From: Rubrobacter sp. | GTDB lineage: Bacteria; Actinomycetota; Rubrobacteria; Rubrobacterales; Rubrobacteraceae | Assembly (NCBI GenBank): GCA_035264945.1 | Contig: DATFPF010000123.1 | Coordinates: 1,190-65,189, forward strand | DNA: 64,000 bases | Direction of reading: 5' to 3' | Part shown: one piece after another, positions 1-16,706 of the stretch | Position numbering within the stretch: position 1 is the first letter of the stretch | Layout: every line of letters begins with the position of its first letter | Made by a program: the position numbers and the translations under genes | Notes under the pieces: model-generated | Seen by the model: only the letters and a program-made list of their open reading frames with translations | The model's database searches: none | Told to the model about the DNA's origin: nothing

Positions 1-2
1 AA

Positions 3-689
3 GCGCTGGCTCAGATCACCGTGCTCCTGTGGGCCCTGCTGCTGTTCGCCGGCAGCCGGATGCCCCTTACGGGCTTCCCGCAGCGCTTCGGGCGCGACGT
101 CGGCGTGCCGGCGGCCATCCTGGCCGCCGTGGCCGTCGTGGCGATCTGGCGCTCGCTCGGGCCCCGCAGGCCGGCCGTGGTCTTCGCAGCCTCGACGGTG
201 GCGCTCCTGGTGGGGAGCTCGGTAGCGTTCGGAACGGTGCAGAGCCTAAAGATCGCAGCGGGCCCTAGCGTCCAGCTCACGATCACGCCCCAGATCGCCG
301 CGGCCGGCGCCTGGCTCAAAGAGCACAACGACGACGGCAACATAATGGTGAGCCCTCACGCGAACCAGGTGCCGAGCCGCATGATGCTCGCCATGGGCGG
401 GTACTCCGCGCTCCAGTCGTTCGAGCCGTGGCAGATCGCAAATCCCAGGGACCTGCCCCCCACGGGCCCGCAACCGCCCCGGGACGTGCTTTGGGTTATG
501 CGACACCCGGTCGACGGCCGCACCCGCCAGCTCCTTGAGCGGCACGACGTCGGGTACGTAGTCCTCTACAAGAACATGCCGGACAGGCCCACCCTCGACT
601 ACTGGATGGCCTTCAGGGCAAGCCCCGGTGCTTACCGGGTGGCCTTCGAGAACAAAGACGTCCTCATCGTCGCCAGGCGCGGAGCCTGA
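3..689 (+). CDS. C-terminal part of a membrane protein, probably GT-C-type glycosyltransferase-like (5' truncated by window)
   Basis: Frame open from window start; hydrophobic helices followed by a soluble tail (AAGAWLKEH...GYVVLYK) typical of GT-C-like proteins. Confidence 0.55.
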   Translation, partial: ALAQITVLLWALLLFAGSRMPLTGFPQRFGRDVGVPAAILAAVAVVAIWRSLGPRRPAVVFAASTVALLVGSSVAFGTVQSLKIAAGPSVQLTITPQIAAAGAWLKEHNDDGNIMVSPHANQVPSRMMLAMGGYSALQSFEPWQIANPRDLPPTGPQPPRDVLWVMRHPVDGRTRQLLERHDVGYVVLYKNMPDRPTLDYWMAFRASPGAYRVAFENKDVLIVARRGA

Positions 690-711
690 GGCCGGCCCGG
701 TCGCGGGGGCC

Positions 712-2388
712 TCATTTCGCGCGGTCCGTGGGCCCTTCGTCCGGTGCGACCAGCTCGTAGAGTGCCCCCTGCACGTGGACCGTGCGGAACCCGGCCTCGT
801 AGAGTCCCTTGGGGTTGACGTCGTCCTGGTCGAGGATGTAGACGGGGCCGTTCTCCGCCGCCTTCTTCGCGGCGACCACGCCCGTGAAGTCGTCGGTGCC
901 GTAGATGCGGTCGGTGGCGGCGAGGTCAAGGTCGGCGGGCCAGACGATGTCGGCGTACCCGATGTCCCTGTTGTGCCAGAAGGGGTCGACGAGGGTGAGG
1001 TCCCGCCGCCGCTCCTCGACAAGCACCATGTACCAGAGGTTGCTCCTGTGGTGCAGGATCGTGGCGTTCGGCGCGGCGTTCCGGGCCACGTCCTCTATGA
1101 CCTCGTGCCCCCGCCAGCCCTCGCTCCTGTCGTTTCTGGCGTAAGAGTTCCCGACGTCGAGCAGCGGCAAGATCACCAGCGCGACCGAGAGGACGCCCAG
1201 CGTCGTCCCCTTCGGCGCCCGCGGGAACCGGGCGAGGATGTCCTCCGCCTCGGCCAGCAGGAGCCCGATCCCCGCGGCGACGGCGAGGGCCAGCACCAGG
1301 TAGGTGGGGACGAAGTAGATCTCGATATCCGGGATGTCGTTCTCGATCGAGTAGAAGACCCAACCGAGGTAGAGGAACCCGAGGAGGCCAGCGGCCGGGC
1401 GGTCCCAGAGCAGGAGCGCCGCGAGGCCGACCGCCGCCGCCACCAGCAGGCCCCAGTGCATGTTGTCAAGGAGGTGGCCCCAGTAGAAGAGCAGCCTCCC
1501 CGGCAGCTCGGCGGGCCCGAAGGCGAAGAACCCGCCCGTGAGGTTGCCCCCGCTCACCACGTACCAGAACCGCTCCAGGTTTGTCGGGTTGTTCGCCACG
1601 AAGGGAGGATTCATCGCGGAGCGGAGCGGGAGGTAGAGGTACGGCAGGAGCCCCACAAGGAAGAGCCCGAGGCCCCTGAGCGCCAGCCTCGCGTCAAGGA
1701 GCTTGCGCCGGTCCACGAGCGCGACGAAGAGCAAACCGGCGGGCAGGAGCAACCCGCTGGTGAGGTGATCGGTCAGGGACAGGCCCGCCAGGAAGGCGAA
1801 GAGCAGGAGGTAACGGTCCCTCCCGCCCTCCCGCCAGAGGAGGAGGGCGAGCAGGGTGAGGGCGACGAAGAGCGCGTTAAGGGTGTAGACCTCGGCGATC
1901 ACGGCCTGCGACCAGAGCGTCACGCCAACCCCGAAAGCGAGCGCGGCCGCCGCCGCGGCCGCCACCCGCCGGCCCAGCAGATACCCGCCAGCGAAGACCG
2001 CCGATGCGGCCAGCGCCGCGTAGACGGCGGAGGCGAGGTTGGTGCGGTAGGCGCAGTCGCCGAAGGGCAGGTACGTGAGGAGGTGCGTCAACATGAGGTA
2101 GGACGGGTAGCCTGTCGGGTGCGTCATGCCGAGCACGCAGGCCTGCATCTGGAGCATCGGCACGTCGAGCAGGTTGGGCGAGTCGTATGGCAGGATCGTC
2201 GGCGCCAGCGTCAGCGCGTAGAGGGTGAACACGATGGCCGTGATGCCCGCTCCGGCGAGGACCGTGCCAACCCCCGGGCCGACTTTTTTCTGCCTAAGGA
2301 AGGTCTTCACCTGCTGCGGAGGTACGGCCCGGCAGCCATCATAGCCCGACAGAGGAGCCCGCCGCGCCCGGCGGGGACGCGCCGCCAC
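712..2388 (-). CDS. DUF2723/TMEM260-like membrane glycosyltransferase (start uncertain)
   Basis: LYALTLAPT, HPTGYP, WSQAVIAEVYTLN, YLYLPLRS motifs; many TM helices. Confidence 0.8.
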   Translation of the reverse strand: MAARPRRARRAPLSGYDGCRAVPPQQVKTFLRQKKVGPGVGTVLAGAGITAIVFTLYALTLAPTILPYDSPNLLDVPMLQMQACVLGMTHPTGYPSYLMLTHLLTYLPFGDCAYRTNLASAVYAALAASAVFAGGYLLGRRVAAAAAAALAFGVGVTLWSQAVIAEVYTLNALFVALTLLALLLWREGGRDRYLLLFAFLAGLSLTDHLTSGLLLPAGLLFVALVDRRKLLDARLALRGLGLFLVGLLPYLYLPLRSAMNPPFVANNPTNLERFWYVVSGGNLTGGFFAFGPAELPGRLLFYWGHLLDNMHWGLLVAAAVGLAALLLWDRPAAGLLGFLYLGWVFYSIENDIPDIEIYFVPTYLVLALAVAAGIGLLLAEAEDILARFPRAPKGTTLGVLSVALVILPLLDVGNSYARNDRSEGWRGHEVIEDVARNAAPNATILHHRSNLWYMVLVEERRRDLTLVDPFWHNRDIGYADIVWPADLDLAATDRIYGTDDFTGVVAAKKAAENGPVYILDQDDVNPKGLYEAGFRTVHVQGALYELVAPDEGPTDRAK

Positions 2389-2832
2389 AGCCGTTCGGCA
2401 TTACGCCGAGAGTCTCCCGAATCACCCACTACTCCCCCTCCTGACCCTGTCGTCGCCTCATCCGGGCGGGGCTCCGCCCGAACCCCGGCGCAGTATATGA
2501 CGGCTCCCGGCACCCCGGGTTAAACGCAGGTAAAACTTCTCCTGCGGGGCTGTGGCGTGCCGGGCGGGGTCCGCGCAAACCGACGAACGGTCCCTTCGCC
2601 CCTTTGTCGGGGAACGGAGGACTTAGCGCTCCGACACCACGGTGCGGACAAGCGCGGATTCATGACCAAGCTACGTGGAAGGGGTGCTCCACGAAGATGG
2701 CCAGACGGCTTTGGCCTTTGGTTCCAGGCTCTCGGCATCGACTACGCGGGTAATAGACCGGTCGCATGTCGTCGGTGGGCGTGCTGTGTAGCGCTCGAAG
2801 CGGGCGGGCCATTCAGGCTCCCGGGGTCCACC

Positions 2833-2854
2833 GTTAAATGCCTGTTAAAAAACT
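2833..2854 (+). promoter_or_regulatory. Pho-box-like 11-bp-spaced direct repeat
   Basis: GTTAAATGCCT-GTTAAAAAACT, AT-rich, about 70 bp upstream of an OmpR/PhoB-family regulator. Confidence 0.4.
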
Positions 2855-2923
2855 GAAGCGTGGGAACCCGGCGTTTATACTCCGGTCTGGCCGGGACGGA
2901 AGCACGGAAAAGGGTGGGCTCTG

Positions 2924-3637
2924 GTGGCGAACGAGGCGGAGATCCTGATAGTAGAGGACGACGAGGTAATCATGGGGACCCTCGCCTACAACCTCTCCCG
3001 GAGCGGCTTCGGGGTAAGCCAGGCGACGACGGGGGTCGAGGCCCTCAGGATGGCGCGCAAGCTCAGGCCGGACCTCATACTCCTCGACATCATGCTTCCG
3101 GGCGAGTCGGGGATAGAGGTCTGCGAGAGGATCCGGGAGCGGGACCAGGGCGTGATGATCGTCATGATCACGGCCAAGGACGCAGAGGAGGACAAGGTCC
3201 GCGGCTTCGAGGCCGGCGCGGACGACTACGTGACCAAGCCGTTCGGGATGAAGGAGCTCGTCGCCCGCATCAACGCGAACCTGAAGCGCGGCGAGACGGG
3301 TGGGCGCGGCAAGCTCATCGAGGCCGGCGACATCCAGCTGGACACCAAGAACTTCACGGCCCGCGCGGGCGGCGAGCCGCTCGACCTGCGGCTCAAGGAG
3401 TTCGAGCTCCTGGCGGCGCTCGCCTCCACGCCGGGGGAGCTCAGGAGCCGTGAGGAGCTCGCCAAAGAGGTCTGGGGGCACGCGGGCGTCGGCTCGTCGC
3501 GCACCATAGACGTGCACATACGGCGCATCCGGGCCGCGCTGGAGGAGAAGAGCTCCTACGACTTCATCCACACGGCGCGGGGCCTGGGCTACAGGTTCGA
3601 GGCGAGGCTCAGGGCCGGCGCGGGGCGGCCGGGCTAG
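2924..3637 (+). CDS. OmpR/PhoB-family response regulator (PhoP/RegX3-like)
   Basis: VEDD, LLDIMLP, GADDYVTKPF receiver; RTIDVHIRRIR and RGLGYRF winged helix. Confidence 0.93.
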   Translation: MANEAEILIVEDDEVIMGTLAYNLSRSGFGVSQATTGVEALRMARKLRPDLILLDIMLPGESGIEVCERIRERDQGVMIVMITAKDAEEDKVRGFEAGADDYVTKPFGMKELVARINANLKRGETGGRGKLIEAGDIQLDTKNFTARAGGEPLDLRLKEFELLAALASTPGELRSREELAKEVWGHAGVGSSRTIDVHIRRIRAALEEKSSYDFIHTARGLGYRFEARLRAGAGRPG

Positions 3638-3640
3638 CCC

Positions 3641-4411
3641 TTGGCGCTAGAGAGGCGCGAGAACGGGGAGCGCGAGGGGCCGATGCCGGGCCCCGTCAGC
3701 CCCGACGAGCTGCAGAGGGTCAACAAGATCCGGCGCGACTTTGTGGCCAACGTCTCCCACGAGCTCAAGACCCCCGCGACCAGCCTGAAGCTGCTCGCCG
3801 AGAGCCTTGAGGAGAGCCTGGACGAGGACCCGGTCCAGGCCCGCCTCTTCGCCGCCCAGCTCAAGAGGGAGACCGGGCGGCTCGCGAACCTGATCACCGA
3901 CCTCCTCGACCTCGCCCGCCTGGAGAGCCAGGAGAGGACGGACTATCCGACCCTCGTGGACGTGCGCGGCGTCCTCATGAGCGTGCTCTCGGGCATGAGG
4001 AGGGTGGCCCGCAGGAAAAACATAACGCTGCAGTGGAAACGATTCGGCAAGGCGGCCCGCTACACCGTCCGCGGCGACGAGACGCAGCTAACCTCCATGT
4101 TCACGAACCTCGTGGACAACGCCGTGAAGTACACGCCGGCGGGGGGAAGGGTCGAGGTAACAGGGGGCACGGAGGGGGGCGAGGTCGTCATAAGCATCGC
4201 CGACACGGGCATCGGCATCCCCGAGGGGAAGCTCTCGCGCATCTTCGAGCGGTTCTACAGGGTGGACAAGGCGCGCTCCAAGGCGACCGGCGGGACGGGC
4301 CTCGGCCTCTCCATCGTAAGGCACGTCGCCGAGAACCACGGGGGCCGGGTTACCGTCGAGAGCGTCCCCGGCGAGGGCACCACCTTCACCGTCCGCCTGC
4401 CCCGCGCCTGA
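3641..4411 (+). CDS. Histidine kinase (PhoR/SenX3-like), no sensor or TM domain
   Basis: FVANVSHELKTP H-box, NLVDNAVKY, DTGIGIP, FERFYRVDKARS, GGTGLGL. Confidence 0.92.
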   Translation: MALERRENGEREGPMPGPVSPDELQRVNKIRRDFVANVSHELKTPATSLKLLAESLEESLDEDPVQARLFAAQLKRETGRLANLITDLLDLARLESQERTDYPTLVDVRGVLMSVLSGMRRVARRKNITLQWKRFGKAARYTVRGDETQLTSMFTNLVDNAVKYTPAGGRVEVTGGTEGGEVVISIADTGIGIPEGKLSRIFERFYRVDKARSKATGGTGLGLSIVRHVAENHGGRVTVESVPGEGTTFTVRLPRA

Positions 4412-4631
4412 GCCGGCGGCCTCCCTCGCCCCCGTCGCGCCGGGGGAGCCACGTGGTCCTGGGGACCGCTTCGTCGTAATATACGTCGCAGAATGCGTGC
4501 TGGGGGGTGGTCTATGATGCCTGGCGAGGCCCCCGGGTGGCGTAAACCGATGCAAGCAAGAGGTAAAACATGACGATGGTGGCGTGCAATATCTCGTCCG
4601 GATCCTCCCCGGCGGTCGGGCCTAGCGTCGC

Positions 4632-11245
<6,614 letters not shown>

Positions 11246-11249
<4 letters not shown>

Positions 11250-12175
11250 AGATACTGATCGCCGAAGACGACGCCGTCTCCCGCACCATCCTGCGGCGCG
11301 CCGTGGAGAAGCTCGGCCACGAGTGCCTGGCGGCGTCCGACGGGGAGGAGGCCTGGGGCCTCTACAGGGAGAACCCCGACATAGACGCCATCATCAGCGA
11401 CTGGATGATGCCTGGGGTGGACGGGCTCGAGCTCTGCCGCAGGGTCCGCGGCGACACGCGGGATGGTTACACCTACTTTATCTTCCTCACGGCCCTTGGG
11501 GACAGGGAGCACCTCCTCCAGGGCCTCGAGGCCGGGGCCGACGACTACCTCTCAAAGCCCCTCGACCGGGACGAGCTAGGTATGCGCCTCACCTCGGCCC
11601 TGCGCGTCACCGAACTGCACCGGCGCCTCGCCTTCCAAAACGGGGAGCTCGAGAAGCTGAACCGGATGCTCTTCGAGCAGTCCCGCCAGGACCCGCTGAC
11701 CTCCCTGGGCAACCGCCTGCGCCTCCGGGAGGACCTCCAGGTCTTGCAGAGCAGGACGGAGCGCTACGGCCACGGCTACGCCATAGCACTCTGCGACGTG
11801 GACTTCTTCAAGGCCTACAACGACCGCTACGGCCACCTCGCCGGCGACGACGTGCTAAGGCGGGTGGCCGCCACCATCGCCACCGGCCTGCGCGGCGGCG
11901 ACGCCGCCTACCGCTACGGCGGGGAGGAGTTCCTGATCGTGCTCCCAGAGCAGGATGAGCAGGACGCCGTCGCCACCACCGACCGGCTGCGCCGGACCGT
12001 TGAGGACCTCGGGATACCGCACGAGGGCGGGACCCCCCGGGGCGTGGTGACCATCAGCGCCGGCGTCGCGATCTCGGCGGAGGCCGGGGACGCAGACGCG
12101 TTGCTCAAGGCGGCCGACAAGGCCCTCTACGCAGCCAAGAAGGCCGGCCGCAACCGCGTCTCAAGTGCCTGGTAG
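11246..12175 (+). CDS. REC-GGDEF diguanylate cyclase
   Basis: N-terminal receiver; [28 protein letters not shown]-site and RYGGEEF; 4-bp overlap with kinase. Confidence 0.95.
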
Positions 12176-12221
12176 CGGGTTGGGCCAGAGGCCCGCGAAG
12201 GCGAAGCTCCCGCCGCCTGGC

Positions 12222-12617
12222 TCAGCGCCTCGCGCGCCAGAGGGCGGTCCTTACGCGGGCCGCCAGCTCGTCCGGGGAGAAGGGCTTCGTCACGTAGTCG
12301 TCGAGGCCCGTCTGCAGGCCCTCTATTACGTCGTGCTCCCCCTGGCGGGACGTGAGCATGATGATAGGGAGCTTCGCCACGTCGGCGTCTGCGCTGCTCC
12401 TGATGCTGCGGGCGAGCTCCAGGCCCGTCATCCTGGGCATCAGGCTGTCGGTGATGACGAGGTCGGGGACGAACCCGTCCTCCAGCAGGCGCAGCGCCTC
12501 TTGGCCGTCCTCGGCCTGGGTAAGGTCGTAGCCGAGGCCGGAGAGCTTGGCGACCACTATGCGCCGCACGATGCGGTCGTCGTCGGCCATCAGGATCTTC
12601 GAACCGTTTGTATCCAA
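12222..12617 (-). CDS. Single-domain response regulator
   Basis: ADDD, ITDSLMP, IMLTS, DDYVTKPF; no output domain. Confidence 0.9.
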   Translation of the reverse strand: MDTNGSKILMADDDRIVRRIVVAKLSGLGYDLTQAEDGQEALRLLEDGFVPDLVITDSLMPRMTGLELARSIRSSADADVAKLPIIMLTSRQGEHDVIEGLQTGLDDYVTKPFSPDELAARVRTALWRARR

Positions 12618-12709
12618 GAGTTGGTCGCCTCGCTAAGTGCTAGCGTACACATTACCGAACTGCAACATCGGGTAGAGATTATAGGTCCAACCACCAAAGG
12701 AATTGTAAC

Positions 12710-14005
12710 TTGTCGCAGAGCCTGAGTCTTACGTTGTGGGCCGTCGAGGCCATGGTCGTCCTGAACGTGGTGATGGTGGCGCTCACCATAGGGACCAAGG
12801 CCCTGCGCGGCGCGAGGGGGCGCAGGACGAAGGCGAGCACAGACAAGCTCGAGTCGGCCCTGGACAACTCCCTGATCACCGGCGAGATCCACCCCGACCT
12901 CCTCAACCTCAACGACCGGGAGAAGGACCTGCTCGCGATCCTGATGGTCGAGTACCTCTCGGTGCTGAGCGGGACGGAGAGGGATCGGCTCGTCGGGCTC
13001 GCGAAGGAGTCTGGCCTCGTTGAGAGCTACTTCGACAGGCTCGGCTCGCGCCACCGGTGGCGCAAGGCGCGGGCCGCGGAGAACCTCGGGTACTTCGGCG
13101 GCCCCGCGGCGGTGCCACCCCTTACGCCGCTCCTCGGCCATCCCGACGAGACCGTCAGGGCCGTCGCCGCCAGGGCCCTTGCCCGCATCGGGACCAAGGA
13201 GGCGGCCGAGGAGCTCGCCGAGACCCTGAACGACCCCTCGGAGCTCACCCGGCTGCGGATGGCCGAGAACCTCGAGCGCATCGGCGCCTTGGCGGTAGAC
13301 CCCCTTATAGAGACGCTGGAAGGCGGGGCCGCCGGGCAGGCCAGGGTGCTGGCGGCCAGGATCCTCGGCTACCTCAGGGCGGCGGAGGCCCGCCCAGCCC
13401 TAAGGAGGGCGATGATCGAGGGCCAGCTCACAGACCTGCGGGCCCAGGCGACCCTCGCCCTCGGCAAGATCGGCAACCCGGAGGATGTGCCGGCCCTCCA
13501 AGAGGCGGCCGGCGACGAGGAGTGGGCCGTCCGGGCGCAGGCCGCCAACGCCCTGGAGATGGTCGGGGACGTCTCGACGATCCCCGCGCTTCAGGGGCTC
13601 ACCCTCGACCGGGAGTGGTGGGTGCGCCTCAACGCCAGCCGGGCGCTCGCGAACATAGGCCCCGAGGGGGAGCGGGCGCTCGCCCGCGTCCTCGAAGGCG
13701 CCGACCGCTACGCCCGCGACCGGGCCGTGGCCACGCTCGAGGAGCGGGGCGTCACGCGGCGGGTCATTGGGGAGCTGGCCCAACCGGGCGAGCGGGGCGA
13801 TGGGGCGAAGGCCATGATCGGGGCCATGATCCGGGCCGGCTCGACGAAGTACCTCTCGCGCCTGGCGAGCACGATGCCAGAGGGCCCCGAGCGCAGAAAG
13901 CTCTCCGAGATGCTCGAAGGGAGCGCGGAGAGACCCGCCGCGCAGGAAGCCTCGGAGAGAGACCCGTCCGAGACCCTCCAGGAGAGCGGGGGGCAGACGC
14001 CGTGA
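12710..14005 (+). CDS. Membrane-anchored HEAT-repeat protein
   Basis: N-terminal TM helix then repeated VRAVAARALARIG-type HEAT units. Confidence 0.88.
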   Translation: MSQSLSLTLWAVEAMVVLNVVMVALTIGTKALRGARGRRTKASTDKLESALDNSLITGEIHPDLLNLNDREKDLLAILMVEYLSVLSGTERDRLVGLAKESGLVESYFDRLGSRHRWRKARAAENLGYFGGPAAVPPLTPLLGHPDETVRAVAARALARIGTKEAAEELAETLNDPSELTRLRMAENLERIGALAVDPLIETLEGGAAGQARVLAARILGYLRAAEARPALRRAMIEGQLTDLRAQATLALGKIGNPEDVPALQEAAGDEEWAVRAQAANALEMVGDVSTIPALQGLTLDREWWVRLNASRALANIGPEGERALARVLEGADRYARDRAVATLEERGVTRRVIGELAQPGERGDGAKAMIGAMIRAGSTKYLSRLASTMPEGPERRKLSEMLEGSAERPAAQEASERDPSETLQESGGQTP

Positions 14006-15480
14006 GCTTCGAGTCCTTCGTCGTGGGCGTCAACCACTTCATACTCGCGTACTTTCTGGCCATAAACGGCGTCTACCTGACGCTGTACGTCATCTCCTTC
14101 GCCGAGATAGCGGACTACGTGAGGCGCGAGGTATTCTCCGGTTTGCCCGAGCTCTTCGCCTCGAACTATGCCCCGCCCGTCTCCGTGATCGTGCCCGCCT
14201 ACAACGAGGAGGCGACCATTGCCGCGAGCGTCCGCTCGTTCCTTACGCTCCGGTACCCCATGCACGAGGTGGTGGTCGTCAACGACGGCTCCAAGGACCG
14301 CACCATCGACGTTTTGCTGCGGGAGTTCGACCTTCACGAGTCGGACCAGCCGGTCAGGCTGGAGCTTGATACGGCCCCCATCCGCGGGGTGTACGCCTCG
14401 GCCACCGAGCGCCTCGTGGTCGTGGACAAGGAGAACGGCGGCAAGGCAGACGCCCTCAACGTCGGCGCGTGCGCCGCCCGCTACCCGCTCGTGTGCAACC
14501 TGGACGCCGACATCATCCTCGAGGAGGACGCCCTGCTCAGGGCCGCGCGGCCGATGATAGAGTCGCGCGAGGTCGCGGCCGTCGGCGGCATCGTCAGGGT
14601 CGCCAACGGCTGCGAGTTCGAGAGGGGGCGCCTCGTCGAGGTCAAGACCCCGAAGAAGGCCCTGCCGAACTTCCAGATCGTCGAGTACCTCAGGGCCTTC
14701 ATAGCGAGCCGCACCGCGTGGAGCAAGCTCAACTGCCTCCTGATCATCTCCGGGGCCTTCGGCATGTTCCGCCGGCGCGACGTGATCGCCGCCGGCGGGT
14801 ACCTGCACGAGACGGTGGGCGAGGACATGGAGCTCGTAACCCGCATGCACCGGGTCCTCAGGGAGAACGGCCGGCGCTACAAGATCATCTTCGTCCCGGA
14901 CCCCGTGGCCTGGACGGAGGTCCCGGAGACCCTGCGCGTGCTCGGGCGCCAGCGCGACCGGTGGCACAGGGGCCTGATGGACACCCTCGTCCGGCACCGC
15001 CGCATGCTAGGTCGCCCGCGCTACGGCGCCGTCGGCCTTATCGCGATGCCCTACTTTTTCCTTTTCGAGTTTCTCGGGCCGGTGATCGAGCTTCTGGGCT
15101 ACCTGGCCTTCGTGATCGGCCTCGTCCTCGGGTACCTGAACCTGCCGTTCGCCGTGGCCTTCTTTCTGGCCGCCGTCGGGCTTGGGGCGCTCCTCTCCAC
15201 CGCGGCCGTCTTTCTGGAGGAGCTGCGCCTGGAGCGCTACCCGCGCTGGCGCGACCTACTGAAGCTCACCCTCTACGGCGTCCTCGAGAACTTCGGCTAC
15301 CGTCAGATAAACACCGTATGGCGGGCCAAGGCGATAGTCTCGTTTTTGCGCAAGAGCACAGACTGGGGCTCGATGGAGCGCCAGGGGTTCGACGTCGGGC
15401 CCATCAGCAAAGAAGTCCCGCCGGACGCCCCGAAGCACGGAGAAGGCGAGAAGCATGAGGTACACTCGACGGGGCGCTAG
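14002..15480 (+). CDS. Processive GT2 glycosyltransferase (polysaccharide synthase-like)
   Basis: GTG overlaps HEAT stop; VPAYNEE, NDGSKD, GKADALN, DAD, GED, QRDRW motifs; flanking TM helices. Confidence 0.92.
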   Translation: MSFESFVVGVNHFILAYFLAINGVYLTLYVISFAEIADYVRREVFSGLPELFASNYAPPVSVIVPAYNEEATIAASVRSFLTLRYPMHEVVVVNDGSKDRTIDVLLREFDLHESDQPVRLELDTAPIRGVYASATERLVVVDKENGGKADALNVGACAARYPLVCNLDADIILEEDALLRAARPMIESREVAAVGGIVRVANGCEFERGRLVEVKTPKKALPNFQIVEYLRAFIASRTAWSKLNCLLIISGAFGMFRRRDVIAAGGYLHETVGEDMELVTRMHRVLRENGRRYKIIFVPDPVAWTEVPETLRVLGRQRDRWHRGLMDTLVRHRRMLGRPRYGAVGLIAMPYFFLFEFLGPVIELLGYLAFVIGLVLGYLNLPFAVAFFLAAVGLGALLSTAAVFLEELRLERYPRWRDLLKLTLYGVLENFGYRQINTVWRAKAIVSFLRKSTDWGSMERQGFDVGPISKEVPPDAPKHGEGEKHEVHSTGR

Positions 15481-15548
15481 TCGAGGGGTCCCACAAGGCG
15501 GGACCGGACCATCCCGCGGTCCCCGTAAGAGAAGGTTACGCATCCACC

Positions 15549-16706
15549 ATGTACCAACACTACGAGTCGAGGGCAAGTTTGGGCAGGAAGGCATTCTTCC
15601 TGCGTCTTGCCCTGGCCCTGGTGTTCCTCGCGGCTCTGGGGTTCGCGGGCGGCGTCCTGTACCTGCTTTTCTTCCTCGTGCCCTTCGAGCAGTGGCTCGT
15701 AGACTCCGGGGTCTCCCAGGGGACAATAGACGTGGTGCTCGACGCCACGATCCTGGGCTGGGTGCTCATCGGGTTCCTGCTCACCCTGCTCTATGCCCGC
15801 CTCTTCCTGCGGCGCGGCAGGGGCCTGCTCGGCGCGGTCGGGGTCGCGGTCGCCAGCGTGGCGGCGGCCGGCGTGGTGTTCTTCGTGATGCTCGACGACG
15901 ACCTCATGGCCGCCGCCGGCCAACTCGGCCAGCAATCCGCCCAGGAAGACCAGCGCCTCCTCTTCGGGTCCTACCCCGACGCCGAGAGGCTGGCGGAGCT
16001 AGAAGACGAGGGCTACGACGGCGTGATCTCGCTCCTCAGCCCCAAGGTGCCCTTCGAGAGGGTTCTCCTCGAGCAGGAAGAGGACAACGGCGAGGACGCT
16101 GGGATCCGCGTCTACTCCCGGCCGATGCTGCCCTGGATCACGGGCAACGAGGCCTCCCTGGAGTCCATAAAGGCTCTCGCGGCCCAGAAAGACAAGCAGT
16201 TCTACATCCACTGCTACCTGGGCAAGCACCGCGTCGACGTCGTCAGGCAGGAGCTTGATGCCGAGGCGCCGGACCCGACTGAGAGGGAGGTCGACCTCCC
16301 CTATCGCTTCGAGCGGGGGCGGGTGATCGCCTACGAGGGCGAGAGGATAATCCTCGGCCCCTACCCCACGGAGGAGGAGTGGTTCGAGTACGTGCTGCGC
16401 CGCGACGTGGACGAGGTAGTCTCGACCCTCGACCCGGACAACCCCGACGATGCGCCCTGGATCGAGGAGGAGCGCAAGATCGCCGAGGAGAACGGCCTGA
16501 AGTTCACCCTGATGCCGCTCGACCCCCTCTCCCCCGACCCCGCCACCGCCCAAGAGGTCGTGCGCCACGTAAGGGACGCCGAGGGCAAGGTCTTCGTGCA
16601 CGACTTTCTCGACGCCAAGCGCTTCGAGGCGCTGAAGCGCGGCCTGGGCCAACAGGACCCGGGAGACACGGACGCGGCGGACGTCCCCGACGCGGGCCCC
16701 GCTTGA
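15549..16706 (+). CDS. Membrane protein with two tandem tyrosine-phosphatase-like domains
   Basis: Three N-terminal TM helices; HCYLGKHR (CX5R) in domain 1, degenerate HDFLDAKR in domain 2; GSYP/GPYP repeated. Confidence 0.7.
   Translation: MYQHYESRASLGRKAFFLRLALALVFLAALGFAGGVLYLLFFLVPFEQWLVDSGVSQGTIDVVLDATILGWVLIGFLLTLLYARLFLRRGRGLLGAVGVAVASVAAAGVVFFVMLDDDLMAAAGQLGQQSAQEDQRLLFGSYPDAERLAELEDEGYDGVISLLSPKVPFERVLLEQEEDNGEDAGIRVYSRPMLPWITGNEASLESIKALAAQKDKQFYIHCYLGKHRVDVVRQELDAEAPDPTEREVDLPYRFERGRVIAYEGERIILGPYPTEEEWFEYVLRRDVDEVVSTLDPDNPDDAPWIEEERKIAEENGLKFTLMPLDPLSPDPATAQEVVRHVRDAEGKVFVHDFLDAKRFEALKRGLGQQDPGDTDAADVPDAGPA

Noticed and set aside
628-2523. 631-aa plus-strand ORF and similar long antisense ORFs (5259..7733, 23670..25925, 32938..34719)
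   Set aside because: Shadow frames opposite well-supported genes, expected at high GC; no motifs
13057-14001. N-terminal extension of the 807-aa ORF
   Set aside because: Overlaps the HEAT gene in another frame; the GT2 most likely starts at GTG 14002
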